Shown here: one piece after another, positions 27,404 to 40,189 of the stretch
Layout of the letters: each line of letters begins with the position of its first letter
Position numbering within the stretch: the first letter of the stretch is position 1
Origin: Octopus bimaculoides
Lineage: Eukaryota
DNA: 64,000 nt
Reading direction: 5' to 3'
NCBI RefSeq assembly: GCF_001194135.2
Contig: NC_068984.1
Coordinates: 66,122,243 to 66,186,242, forward strand
The notes under the pieces: generated by a model
Told to the model about the DNA's origin: nothing
Seen by the model: the letters and a program-made list of their open reading frames with translations, nothing else
Databases searched by the model: none
Program-made: the position numbers and the translations under genes

Positions 27404-27743
27404 CAGGGATTCTCAACCATTCATGGACCCCTTTGATTATTATTTTACTCAGGTAGATGCCCATAGCCATTTGATGTGTAAAAACTAGATTAATAGAAAC
27501 TTCTTTCAACATTCCTTTTTAGTTTTTTCACATTAAACTGTGTAGGTTGAACTATGTAAAATGTTAGAGAAAGAAACCTAGCTATTTCTTGCAATACATA
27601 CCAATACATACATCTAAAGCAAAATTCTTTCAGGGGCTCTTAAAATACTACCGTGGATCACCAATTTACTATTTTACTACATGAACCCCCAAAATCTTAT
27701 ATGGACCATCAGGGGACCTATGGACCCTGGTTGATAACAGATA
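27404..27743. mobile_element. hAT (Charlie-like) MITE nested in a SINE
   Basis: Perfect 8-bp TSD atctaaag (27396-27403, 27744-27751); TIRs cagggattctcaacc / ggttgataacagata; interrupts the head of a minus-strand family C SINE (27320-27395). Confidence 0.85.
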
Positions 27744-28495
27744 ATCTAAAGCTTACCAACATAAACCTGCATATGTATATGAGAGTTTAAGGTGGAATGT
27801 CATTTTGTTTTTCCTTTCAGCTTTTTGTTAGTGGTTCTAAAACTATAACTACTATCATAATGAAATATCCTTTTCTTCTTAAAAAGGTGTTTACTTCCTT
27901 TAGTGAAGAGTGTCACTCCTAAACTAGACAGAACTTTTATTATCATATTATATATAAAAAAATAGTCATTGAAAAAAATGCAAAACAACCTTAGTGAAAT
28001 GTTTTGCACAATTTCTTTCCGATAATTAAAACTAAGAAACAAATTTGAAGTGAAGGAACACAAATGGAAAGTAAATGAATGAAATAAATAATATAAATTG
28101 AAACAAAACATTTTTCTAGATTTCAAAAAAATTATCACATGAAAATTGAAAAGATAACAAAACATCACTGATATCAACCTTTTTGTTTTACCTGTTTTGT
28201 AAATTTTCATCAAAAACTTTTACAACTGTTTTATCATATATTGTTAGCATAAGTGTGTGTGTGTACGTGTATGTGGCTGTTTTTTTTTTCTTTTTTGCTT
28301 TGTTAAGTGTAAGATACCTGAGTGGGTCATGAGATTAAATACTCTCCCTGAAATTTGTTGTTTAACTATCTACCAAAAATAGTACAGGATTAATATAATT
28401 TAGTTTCAGACTTGACTTTTCTATTTTATTGTTTACACACATACACACACACGCATGCATGCATGCACGCACGCACACAGTAAATTCTTTCCCAG

Positions 28496-28666
28496 AATGT
28501 TGGTCCACCATCTGCAATTACCTCATTGGTCATATCTTAACCACAAGTGTTAACCTAGAAATGATTGAGAGCGTCATTACTGGCATCAGTTTCATCAGTC
28601 ACATAAGTCTGATGAGTGAAGGAGAGCATGCAAAGGGCATGGGCACTACCACTTCTTCCAGATTCA
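28496..28666 (+). CDS. Candidate symmetric (phase 1-1) 171-nt coding exon
   Basis: ttctttcccag|...|gtaaga, open frame ECWSTICNYLIGHILTTSVNLEMIESVITGISFISHISLMSEGEHAKGMGTTTSSRF, GC-richer than its flanks. No family recognised; could be a decayed TE. Confidence 0.3.
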
Positions 28667-28802
28667 GTAAGATGTGTGAATATTATAATCAGTTAAAAAT
28701 ATGCATATGTATATATATATATACACATATAAATATACATATGCACACACACACATATGAATCTATATATATATATCTATATACATATATACTTATATGT
28801 AA

Positions 28803-28853
<51 letters not shown>

Positions 28854-29379
28854 TACACATGCATATACATATTTATATGTACACCCACACATATCTGCAA
28901 TGAAAGTGGTTTCTGCATAACGTTGTGTCTAAAAGTTTTAACTCTCATACTGTTGGTCAATACATAATGCCACTGTTCAATATGACACATTACGAGTTCA
29001 AACTCAGAGGAAGCACATGATTACAAAGCAAATTTCTTAATCTTGCCATAACATTTGCACCTATATATATTGTGTTTTAATATTCATGTTTTCTAAATGT
29101 TATCAATATTTTATAACATTTATGAGTCTAAATCAGACTGTACTGTTAAATAATCATTGTTTCCAAATTTGCCAATTATTTGACAAATATTTTCAGTAAT
29201 GATGGTACCATGGATCTATGCAGAAATACACCTAAGGACTCATGCTCTGGTTTCTATAACTTTGGAAAGTTAAACTATGAACTTTTATGCTTCTTTTTTC
29301 GTCTTTCTTTCCATCTCCTCATTCTTCTACTCCCTTCTTCTGTGTCATCATCTTATTAATATATACCATTCTCACGGTC

Positions 29380-29518
29380 AATGTTGCCTATCATCCTTTC
29401 GGGGTTGATTAAATAAGTACCAGTTACGCACTTGGGTCGATGTAATCGACTAAATCCCTTTGTCTGTCCTTGTTTGTCCCCTCTATGTTTAGCTTCCTGT
29501 GGGCAATTAAGAAATAAA
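29380..29518 (+). mobile_element. SINE family A subfamily with alternative 3' tail
   Basis: Central domain followed by atccctttgtctgtccttgtttgtcccc...aagaaataa; a reverse copy lies at about 21900-22010. Confidence 0.75.
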
Positions 29519-31484
29519 TATATACATATATCAGTATATAGATAGAATAGGGAAGAAGTTTAAAATAGCACTTTAAGAAAATTTATTTACAATTACTAAA
29601 GTGGTTTCACTGTTCTCAGGATTTACAAAAGGTGTTAATTGTGGAGATTCTTGGGGATATACCCTATTCTAAATATTAAATGGGTGCTTATTACAAATTG
29701 CTTGTGTGGTAGTTGTTTGTATTTGATTGAGAGTTCTAGCTGTCAAAATAAACTGAGTTAACATTTTGTAGCTTTCATATATATATATATATATANNNNN
29801 NNNNNNNNNNNNNNNNNNNNNNNNNNNNNNNNNNNNNNNNNNNNNNNNNNNNNNNNNNNNNNNNNNNNNNNNNNNNNNNNNNNNNNNNNNNNNNNNNNNN
29901 NNNNNNNNNNNNNNNNNNNNNNNNNNNNNNNNNNNNNNNNNNNNNNNNNNNNNNNNNNNNNNNNNNNNNNNNNNNNNNNNNNNNNNNNNNNNNNNNNNNN
30001 NNNNNNNNNNNNNNNNNNNNNNNNNNNNNNNNNNNNNNNNNNNNNNNNNNNNNNNNNNNNNNNNNNNNNNNNNNNNNNNNNNNNNNNNNNNNNNNNNNNN
30101 NNNNNNNNNNNNNNNNNNNNNNNNNNNNNNNNNNNNNNNNNNNNNNNNNNNNNNNNNNNNNNNNNNNNNNNNNNNNNNNNNNNNNNNNNNNNNNNNNNNN
30201 NNNNNNNNNNNNNNNNNNNNNNNNNNNNNNNNNNNNNNNNNNNNNNNNNNNNNNNNNNNNNNNNNNNNNNNNNNNNNNNNNNNNNNNNNNNNNNNNNNNN
30301 NNNNNNNNNNNNNNNNNNNNNNNNNNNNNNNNNNNNNNNNNNNNNNNNNNNNNNNNNNNNNNNNNNNNNNNNNNNNNNNNNNNNNNNNNNNNNNNNNNNN
30401 NNNNNNNNNNNNNNNNNNNNNNNNNNNNNNNNNNNNNNNNNNNNNNNNNNNNNNNNNNNNNNNNNNNNNNNNNNNNNNNNNNNNNNNNNNNNNNNNNNNN
30501 NNNNNNNNNNNNNNNNNNNNNNNNNNNNNNNNNNNNNNNNNNNNNNNNNNNNNNNNNNNNNNNNNNNNNNNNNNNNNNNNNNNNNNNNNNNNNNNNNNNN
30601 NNNNNNNNNNNNNNNNNNNNNNNNNNNNNNNAAATAGTTCATACTGAAATATCATTCCATACATATACATCCATAAGGAAAACTTTAATTTTCTTGAAAT
30701 ATTTACCAATAAATCTTTAGCTATACTGAATCAAAATATATTATATATATGTAACCCTTCACAAGTGTCAATAGAATATTTACCAAGGTTCCAAAGCACA
30801 TGGGTTTAATTCATATTAGTTATTAATTTTGAACAATCCCCAAACATTCTGCAAATATTCAATCAATATTTGTTAAGTTATTATTAAATATAAACTGTGA
30901 TATTACAAACTCGAAGCCATTCTCATTGAAGAGTGTAGATTTCACATGTGACATGTGAATATGAAATATTCCCTCTAATATTATATTAAAAGTTCAACTA
31001 CTTATGATATATTCTATGCCTACATATTTTCTGAAACATAAATTTAGTTGGAGGCTTTTTTGAATTTCGTTATTGCTATTTTATATCAATGAAAGCATTT
31101 TGGGTTTTGTAACATAACTCAATTTTAGTTTCAGTGATCTTCTCTTGCTTTATAGACAGCATTCTTTTGTATTTTCCCTACCCATTTCTCTTGGTTTGCT
31201 ATTAACTTGAGCCCAGTATGTTAGTATATATGAGAGGTTGTTAGAGAACCAATAAAAGACAGAAAGACTAAAGAAACAGCACATCTGTAAGACCATGATT
31301 ATTAATGTTATTGCTGATATTGTTTAGCTCCATTACTGCCCTGACCAAACAGATATGATATAATGATATACATATGTTTATACATGTCATATAATTAAAT
31401 ATAATGTTTATATGTATATATCATATGTATAAATATATGTTTATGTGTATCATATGTGGAAATATATATATAATGATACAGATG

Positions 31485-31990
31485 GATGAGGACAGTTGCA
31501 TTAAGTGCCAATCACTATAAGTGGAGGGAAATTGTGGAAGAGGGAGACCTAGGAAGACATAGGGTGAAGTATTGAAGGCTGATCTCAGAATGCTGAACCT
31601 TATGAAGGAGATGACAGAGGACCGATATATGTGGTGCATTGCTGTACTTGAGAGGACCCACCCACCACAAGAGAATTGAGATCCTAAAACTAAGGTGGGG
31701 CATAAAAAGCATTGGTGTGGGTGCTGGTGCCATGTAAAAAACATTGGTGTTGGTGCCATGTAAAAAGCACTGATGATGATACCATGAAAAAAAGCACCCA
31801 GTACACTCTGTAAAATAGTTGGTGTTAAGAAGGGTATTCAGCTGTAGAAACCAAGCCAAAACAGACTATAGAAATGGTGCAGACTCTGACTTTGCCAGTT
31901 TCTGTCAAGCTGTCCAACCCATGCCAGCATAGAAAACAGACATTAAATGTTGATGATGATGCTGATGATGATGATGATGATGATGATATA
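31485..31990 (+). mobile_element. 3' end of an RTE-clade LINE with its 3' UTR and (GAT)n tail
   Basis: Translates RMDEDSCIKCQSL*VEGNCGRGRPRKT*GEVLKADLRMLNLMKEMTEDRYMW, a typical RTE C-terminus (GRPRKTW), and continues into the family B tail ggttggtgttaagaagggtattcagctgtagaa...ccaacccatgccagcat. Confidence 0.85.
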
Positions 31991-33317
31991 TGTTTATATT
32001 TGATATAATGATATGTATATGTTTATATATATATCAAAGGTATTCCAGCCACCACAATCATATTGCAGGGTTTCTATTCAGCTATTGTATATCTATAGAT
32101 ACATTACTGAATGTTCTCCTTCCTTTCAAAGGTAACTATGCATATAATTTGAGGGATATGTAGATGTTATTTCTTACTGGTTGTAATGAGTTTGTTTGTG
32201 AGTAGGCTTTACTATCAATTGTAGACCCCACTTCCTTTTTTTACCTAGCTGCACTTTTTACAATTTCCTCTTATTTGAAGAATTTTGTGCTGTTTTGATG
32301 GCAATCCACTAATAGCTCCAACAGTCAGAAATAGAACAATAATGGAAAACTATTTCAAATTTGATTACTAACACAATTTGTTGCTATTTGCCAGTCCCAT
32401 TAAGAGCTGGTGCATTACTTAAGAGATTTAACAATATATTTAATCTTAAATCTTTTACTTGTTTCAGTCATTGGGTTGTGGCCATGCTGGAGCAGTACTT
32501 TGAAGAGTTTAGATAAACAAATCACCCTTCCAGTACTTATTTTAAAGCCTGTTGTGTGTTTTTGTGTTTATCGCACTGTTGGTTTCTTTCTGTATTCATG
32601 ACTTAGCAGTTCAGCAAAAGAGTCTGATAGAATAAGTACCAGGATTTTAAGAAAAATTAAATAGGGTTCACTTGTTCAATTAAACCTTTGAGGTCAGTGT
32701 TCTAGCATGGTCACAGTCTAATGACCATACCAAGTAAATCATGGAAAGATAAAGCATTGTTTTGTGTCCTGAATATAATCATCCGGCAGAGTCCATATGA
32801 CATTGTCTATGACATGATTTGTCCTTTGAATTAGCAGCACCATAAATGTAATAGGTGCTTCTACATAGTCTCCATTTGCTCAAATACTTTCAGGAGGATT
32901 GGGCCTAACTAAGACCATGATGAAAGACACATGACAAACATGCCATACAGTGGAAATTACTTATAATGTATTACAATCTCTGACTCGTGCTAACATGGAA
33001 AAGTACACATTAAATGATGATGATGATGATGATGGTGGTAATGATAAATTAGTTTTAATGCACAGCTTCATTGTTGTGAAGCAGTGGTTAGGGACAAATA
33101 GTGGAGGACTGGTGCATTAGTTCGTATCATTATTATTCTAACAAAAATGTCCAAACCTATATATATATATATTTACATCAAAAGCCTATGCGGTACGTAC
33201 ATATTAGTTGTGTTTGTAATGGAGGAATTTATACAATTAGTTCGTAAGAATTCTAATAATAATATCCAAATTTCTATAAACCTGTGATGAGTTACTCTGT
33301 TATTGTTTTCTTGGATT

Positions 33318-33810
33318 TATATATATAATAGACCAAATTTGATGACTGGCACCCATGCCAGTGGAGTGCTAACAGCACCATCCGAGCAGGATCACTGCCA
33401 GAGCAGCGGTCTCACTTCTGTGCCAGTGACATGTAAAAGGCACCATTTGAGCGTGATCGTTTCTAGCTTTGCCTTACTGGTACTTGTGCCAGCGGCATGT
33501 GAACAGAACATTGGACTGACTCCTGTGCAGGTGGCACGTAAAAAACAACCATTTTGAGCATGGCCGTTGCCAGTACCACCAGACTGGCTCTCATGTCAGT
33601 GGCACGTAAAAAGCATCCACTACACTCTCGGAGTGGTTGGCGTTAGGAAGGGCATTCAGCTGTAGATACTCTGCCAGATCAGTTTGGAGTCTGATGTAGC
33701 CATCTGGTTTGCCAGTCTCCAGTCAACTCGTCCAACCCATGCTAGCATGGAAAGTGGACGTTAAAGGATGATGATGATGATGACGATGATGATGATAATG
33801 ATGATGATGA
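33318..33810 (+). mobile_element. RTE-tail repeat (family B), long form with internal tandem units
   Basis: Repeated ggtggcacgtaaaaa(gc)acc units, then ctacactctcggagtggttggcgttaggaagggc... and a (GAT)n tail. Confidence 0.85.
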
Positions 33811-33977
33811 AAGAATAAGTCCTGGGGTCGATTTGCTTGACTAAAGTCAGTGCTCCAGCACGGCTGCAGTCAAATGACTGAAACAAATAAAAGAATCAAA
33901 GAAAAGAATATATATACAAAATACAAAATGGCTGATAGTTAGCAAGGTAGGACATACATAAGAAAAAAGAAAGCAAA

Positions 33978-34022
33978 GGACCACTGATGAGGTCACAGAA
34001 GTGTGACGAAAGAACTCTGGCC
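33978..34022 (+). ncRNA. Minimal type I hammerhead ribozyme motif
   Basis: GGACCA CUGAUGA G GUCACA GAAG UGUGAC GAAA GAAC U C UGGCC: intact core (CUGAUGA 33984-33990, GAAA 34008-34011, UH = UC 34016-34017), 6-bp stem II with tetraloop, 5-bp stem I with one bulge, 1-2 bp stem III. Confidence 0.7.
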
Positions 34023-35023
34023 GAAATAGGATTAATGTAATGTAATGTAATATAAAGCTGAAGCAAATTAACACCAAATATACAGTGTGTGTGTTTTTTA
34101 TTGGCTACACTGGCAATATGACCATCCCCAAACACAACAACATCTGTTTCAACACACGATTTCACATCAAAAATCTTGCAAAACAAATATATATATATAT
34201 ATATATATACACAAATACACACACACACACAATGGCCTTCTTTCTGTTTCTGAGTTCATTCACAAGGGTTTAGTTGGCTCAGAGCTATAGCAGAAGATAC
34301 TTATTTAAGCTACCATGCAGTGGGACTGAACCTGGTTGTTGGGAAGGAAACTTCTTACCGCATAGTTATAAGCATTCTATCCTGGCTGTACACTAAAATC
34401 ATTTTAAAATATAAATCTATTTAGCACAGGTTTGGGGTTTAGACATAAGTATTTTAACTACTTTCATGAAGCAAAATCCCAAACTATAAAAATTTAGTAA
34501 CGAGCATAAGGAAAGCTTTGCACAAAAAAAAAAGAATCATTGCAGAAAAGAATTTGGTAAAGAAAACCAAGAGTCAGTTTTTTCCAAACAGGAAAAGGTT
34601 CAGTTCAATGTTATATCGATATAAACGATAAAATGGGGATTTAGTTTGGTTTGAAGAATTTAAATTCTGATTAACTACTTCAGAGAATTCTATCTTCAAT
34701 TTAAGATTTATAAGAAAGTTGAAATGTAATTATATAAAAGTTCAAATTTTTGTAAGATTTTTGTAGAGTATGGTGGATAATTAAAACTAAAATCCAATAT
34801 TGTCGTGCTTTATTTATTTATTTATTTATTTATTCATTTACTTATTCGTTTATTTATCATTTTACTTATTTACTTTATTTATTTATTTTACTTATTCACT
34901 TTCTTTGGCCCTACAGCAGTTTGACAGAATGAATAAATGTTTACTTCAATACCAGTAACAGTAATTGCACACAGATATCTACAACTACATTCGTGAATGG
35001 ATATACACACATATATACACAAA

Positions 35024-35063
<40 letters not shown>

Positions 35064-35489
35064 TATGGTTATGTGTCTTGCTTTACATACATGTGTGTGT
35101 GTATATCTATATATATATATATATATATATTACACATACATAATATTATGTATGTGTATATATATATATANNNNNNNNNNNNNNNNNNNNNNNNNNNNNN
35201 NNNNNNNNNNNNNNNNNNNNNNNNNNNNNNNNNNNNNNNNNNNNNNNNNNNNNNNNNNNNNNNNNNNNNNNNNNNNNNNNNNNNNNNNNNNNNNNNNNNN
35301 NNNNNNNNNNNNNNNNNNNNNNNNNNNNNNNNNNNNNNNNNNNNNNNNNNNNNNNNNNNNNNNNNNNNNNNNNNNNNNNNNNNNNNNNNNNNNNNNNNNN
35401 NNNNNNNNNNNNNNNNNNNNNNNNNNNNNNNNNNNNNNNNNNNNNNNNNNNNNNNNNNNNNNNNNNNNNNNATATATGTATATATACAT

Positions 35490-35695
35490 ATGTGTGTGTG
35501 TGTATATGTTTGTCCCCCCCAACATCGCTTGACAACCGATGCTGGTGTGTTTACGTCCCCGTAACTTAGAGGTTTGGCAAAAGACACCGATAGAATAAGT
35601 ACTAGGCTTATAAAGAATAAGTCCTGAGGTTGATTTGCTCGACTAAAGGCGGTGCTCCAGCATGGCCACAGTCAAATGACTGAAACAAGTAAAAG

Positions 35696-35697
<2 letters not shown>
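35490..35697 (+). mobile_element. SINE family C 3' half, young (CpGs retained)
   Basis: gtttgtccccccaacatcgcttgacaaccgatgctggtg...ggcggtgctccagcatggcc; the 5' half is probably in the gap. Confidence 0.85.
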
Positions 35698-35749
<52 letters not shown>

Positions 35750-35951
35750 CACACACATTCAAAAATATATACAGAAATTATACACACAGATATATTATAT
35801 GGCAAAATGGAAGTTAAGGAAATGGCAGTACTGATGGAAAGTGAGAAGCACAGTATAACACACAGAGTATATTAAAGTGATAATATGTTGTCAACTTAAT
35901 ATGAAAATCCCATAAAAGGGAAGAATGCTACTGTTATTTAGCCCAAGGATA

Positions 35952-36098
35952 CACCGATTCCTGTCGGACTTGACACATTTCCTGTGTCCTTATGTTTTCA
36001 AAGTGGAGATAAGCATCTCCACGCAGGAAAGCCAGCATCCAGAGACTGGTTTGAAAACATGGACACAGGAAATGTGTCAAGTCCAACAGGAAACGGTA
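35952..36098. mobile_element. Fold-back MITE with about 50-bp TIRs, TA-flanked
   Basis: caccgattcctgtcggacttgacacatttcctgtgtccttatgttttcaaa versus tttgaaaacatggacacaggaaatgtgtcaagtccaacaggaaacggta; TA on both sides. Confidence 0.85.
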
Positions 36099-36159
36099 TA
36101 TATATATATATCTGTATGTATATGTTTGTGTGTTTTTATATATGTATATATTTATATGT

Positions 36160-36352
36160 TGGCCCTCTTGCCGGTGGCACGTAAAAGCACCCACTACACT
36201 CTCGGAGTGGTTGGCATTAGGAAGGGCATCCAGCTGTAGAAACTCTGCCAGATCAGAATGGAGCCTGGTGCAGCCTTCTGGCTTGTCAGTCCTCAGTCAA
36301 ATCGTCCAACCCATGCTAGCATGGAAAGCAGACGTTAAACGATGATGATGTA
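36160..36352 (+). mobile_element. RTE-tail repeat (family B), young
   Basis: gccggtggcacgtaaaagcacccactacactctcggagtggttggc...gttaaacgatgatgatg; near-identical reverse copy at 51656-51905. Confidence 0.9.
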
Positions 36353-36954
36353 TATATATGTTTGTATGCATGTATATATATATATATATATATATATATN
36401 NNNNNNNNNNNNNNNNNNNNNNNNNNNNNNNNNNNNNNNNNNNNNNNNNNNNNNNNNNNNNNNNNNNNNNNNNNNNNNNNNNNNNNNNNNNNNNNNNNNN
36501 NNNNNNNNNNNNNNNNNNNNNNNNNNNNNNNNNNNNNNNNNNNNNNNNNNNNNNNNNNNNNNNNNNNNNNNNNNNNNNNNNNNNNNNNNNNNNNNNNNNN
36601 NNNNNNNNNNNNNNNNNNNNNNNNNNNNNNNNNNNNNNNNNNNNNNNNNNNNNNNNNNNNNNNNNNNNNNNNNNNNNNNNNNNNNNNNNNNNNNNNNNNN
36701 NNNNNNNNNNNNNNNNNNNNNNNNNNNNNNNNNNNNNNNNNNNNNNNNNNNNNNNNNNNNNNNNNNNNNNNNNNNNNNNNNNNNNNNNNNNNNNNNNNNN
36801 NNNNNNNNNNNNNNNNNNNNNNNNNNNNNNNNNNNNNNNNNNNNNNNNNNNNNNNNNNNNNNNNNNNNNNNNNNNNNNNNNNNNNNNNNNNNNNNNNNNN
36901 NNNNNNNNNNNNNNNNNNNNNNNNNNNNNNNNNNNNNNNNNNNNNNNNNATATA

Positions 36955-36987
<33 letters not shown>

Positions 36988-38069
36988 ATGTATATATGTA
37001 CACACATATATATCTATGCATATGCATATATTTACATATAAACACACACGTATATATATACATATTTTAAGTTTGTCTGGTGTCTTATCTAAACAGTCAC
37101 TGACTTAAATAACTATCATGAGAAATTTAAAATTCTAGTCAAAGGTAGAATGTTTCATCTACAAGCAACTTCAGTGCAGCCTCTTATTACATAGGTTTTA
37201 TAATAACCAAGTGAAGAAGAGTGAAAGATGATGGTGGAAAAGGGGATTGTATGTAGGTAGGCTCTATGAAGACTATTGTTATACAAACGTCATGAGTGAT
37301 AGTGAGAGAGAAATAAGTGATACAGAGGAAAATTACAGGGAAATGAGTAGTGATAAAGAGATGGTATGTTGTCAAGCATGTGGGATAGGCAGCAGAAGTA
37401 GACATAAAGCTGTAGAGACCAAGTCAAAAGTAAGGCAAACAGACTCTTATCTGTGTATCAGGACAGTGGCTATCAATAAGAACTGATTTGGATTGTGATG
37501 AACTGTCCACACCATGCCAGCATGGATAACAGATGTAAAATGACAGCAATGAGGATGATGGTGATAGTGATGATGATGATGAGGCACATTCGCATGTACA
37601 TATACACAGAATATATAAGGAGTTTTTGTCAAGTGATGGTATCTACCATGAGTGCTCAGTTATGTTTACCAGTAGAATTCTGGCTTTAACTGTAACTAAG
37701 TATATAGTGTTGAGATTGCTTAACAGAGCTAGCTACAAGTGTTTTTCCCTTGAGTAGGCAAATAAATATATATATCAAAGTAAAAATAAAAAAGCAAAAC
37801 ATTTGGCATCACTTGAAAAGGACATTTAATTTAGATAGACGATATAAACATACAGTCTCTTACAGCTGTTTCTAACATAAGCATGTGGATTCTCATATTC
37901 AGAAAGGATTCCATAAGCTGTGTAATCTGCCATTGGAGAGGGAAAAGTCAGAGAGATGTTAAAATGAGGGAGTATCTCCAGTTGAGGATATTAGTATATT
38001 CCAGTTTGTCAAAAATGAGGAAAGGATTAGAGTAAAATAGGTATGTTTTCAGTACTTCCATGATATGTA

Positions 38070-38106
<37 letters not shown>

Positions 38107-38211
38107 GTCTAAAGCTCTACAGTTGTATTTGTCCCCTCTGTGTGCAGCCCTGTGTGGCTAATAAAAGAAAGTTATCTATCTATATAAAACCTGTAATTTG
38201 GGATTTTGTCC

Positions 38212-38258
<47 letters not shown>

Positions 38259-40189
38259 TATATGTATAAAATTTTGGTTCAACAAGCACAACTAATTCCA
38301 ATATCATTCCATGGAATGCATCAAAATACTGGCAAAATATATTTGGAATACACAAGATACAGGAATCAAAGAAATCATAAAATAATCAGTCTTAGTTTGA
38401 CATAGTCCATTTAAAAATTTGTCAAAGAAATATGGTCTTTACAATAGAGGAAAATTCTGTATGATCAGCCAGCCTAATCTGACTTCTTTAATTTCTATGC
38501 TCTAGAATTTATCTGATTTTGTTGTGATGTATTCTGATCTGTCATTGCATTCCAGGTAAAAAAATCTTCACAAAATTTCTAAAAACTGGAGTGAATATAA
38601 TATGAAAAGAAATATCTAAAGGACAGATGCAAGTTAGTAATGAAATAAATTAGAAAAAAAAACAAACTCCTATACAAGAAACTAATATTTGAATTAATGA
38701 AGCAATGCCTTGTTTGAAAACTAATTTAGACAACTTCATTTAATTTCTCTGGAGTAATTATTCTGAGTAAGAAATGTATGGCACCAAGACAATATTATCA
38801 ATATCTAAAATGTCTATGAGTTAAATTCTGTAGACAGTAAGATGACTCCCATATGCTTGGAGGAAGCTATAAGCCATTACATATGCATGCCACAATTCAG
38901 TCTGTACAGAAGAATATTCTGAAAGAAAGACAACAACAGATCTGTTTAATCATAATTAGTCACTAGAAAATTTAATATAACTAGCAAACTTAATTTGTTT
39001 ACTGAAAGTACGAAAGTAAATGCATCTATCTGTATGGTTTTGGCTTAGATTTTTGAATGATTTTGTTACTTGTCATAAAATTACTTCACATTATTCTTGT
39101 CATGTCTAAACCACTTTGGTACAATGCTAAATAAAATGAAATAACAAAAATAAATACTTAAGATATAGGAGATAAACATATATTTTCATGAAATGATCTA
39201 TCAAAAATAAAATACATCAGTTTCTATTGTTCCGATTAGCATTGCAAGTATAAAATATTTCCTAAAATAATTACAAAGATAATATCAAAGATAAGAATAA
39301 GATATTCATACAAAATCCTTTAGTTATAGATTCCTACATCAGCATATTCAGTATTATTGTAGCACATGATGTATTTTCTTAACGTAGATATTTTAGATAA
39401 ACTTTTACTATCTTGATATATGTATATACATACATTTATATATGTGCATGCGTGCTTGTATGTGTGTGTGTGTGTGTATTTCTGTTTTCCTGATATCATG
39501 CGATTGTTGTAAATCAGCATTCCTTTACTTGTAGTGTTATTTGTTTCTAGTCCTCTGTGAAAATAGGTTTAGCCATAAAGAAGTATTGCCTTGCTTGTGA
39601 ACAGGTGAGGATTGGCGATAGGAAAGGCTTTAAAAAAATCTGCTTTGCAGTTTCAGGTTCATTCCCATTGCATGGCAGTTTGGGCATGTAGCTTCTACAA
39701 TACCCTCAAGACAACCAAAATATAATAGGTGAATGCATGATTGTGTAGTTAAGAAGTTCAATTCTCAACCACATGGTTTTAGGTTCATTCTTTCTGAGTG
39801 TTTTTACTATAGCCTTGGGTCAAACAAAATGTTTTGAGTACATTTGGGAGAAGGAAACTGAAAGAAACTTGTTGTGTGTGTGTGTGTGTATAAATGTATA
39901 TCAATATATTGATGGATGCTTATGTATGTGTTTGGGACTCCTTCCCATGACATTGTGCAAGAATTATATATGAACATCTCTAGCATACAAGTGGGGTCGT
40001 TTGTTTCTAGTGTATGAAAACACATCTAGGTACAGGAAAGTATGCTTTGGCTTCAAAAAAGGTGAGAGCTGGTGACAGGAAGGTCATCAAGCCAATAAAA
40101 ATCTACCTCAACAACATTAAACAATTTTCTATTACACCCCACCTTGCTCTGTCAGACACACAGACGAAATGCTTTGCAACATTTCTTTT

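Noticed and set aside
28480-28670. Minus-strand reading EVIADGGPTF resembling a Gypsy integrase SDNGPxF motif
   Set aside because: Requires two stops and the wrong spacing from the upstream G; no other LTR-element motifs nearby
32100-32135. Plus-strand AG|GT recursive-like site ttcctttcaaag|gtaact
   Set aside because: Appears to lie at the edge of a degenerate dispersed repeat, so less credible than 11386
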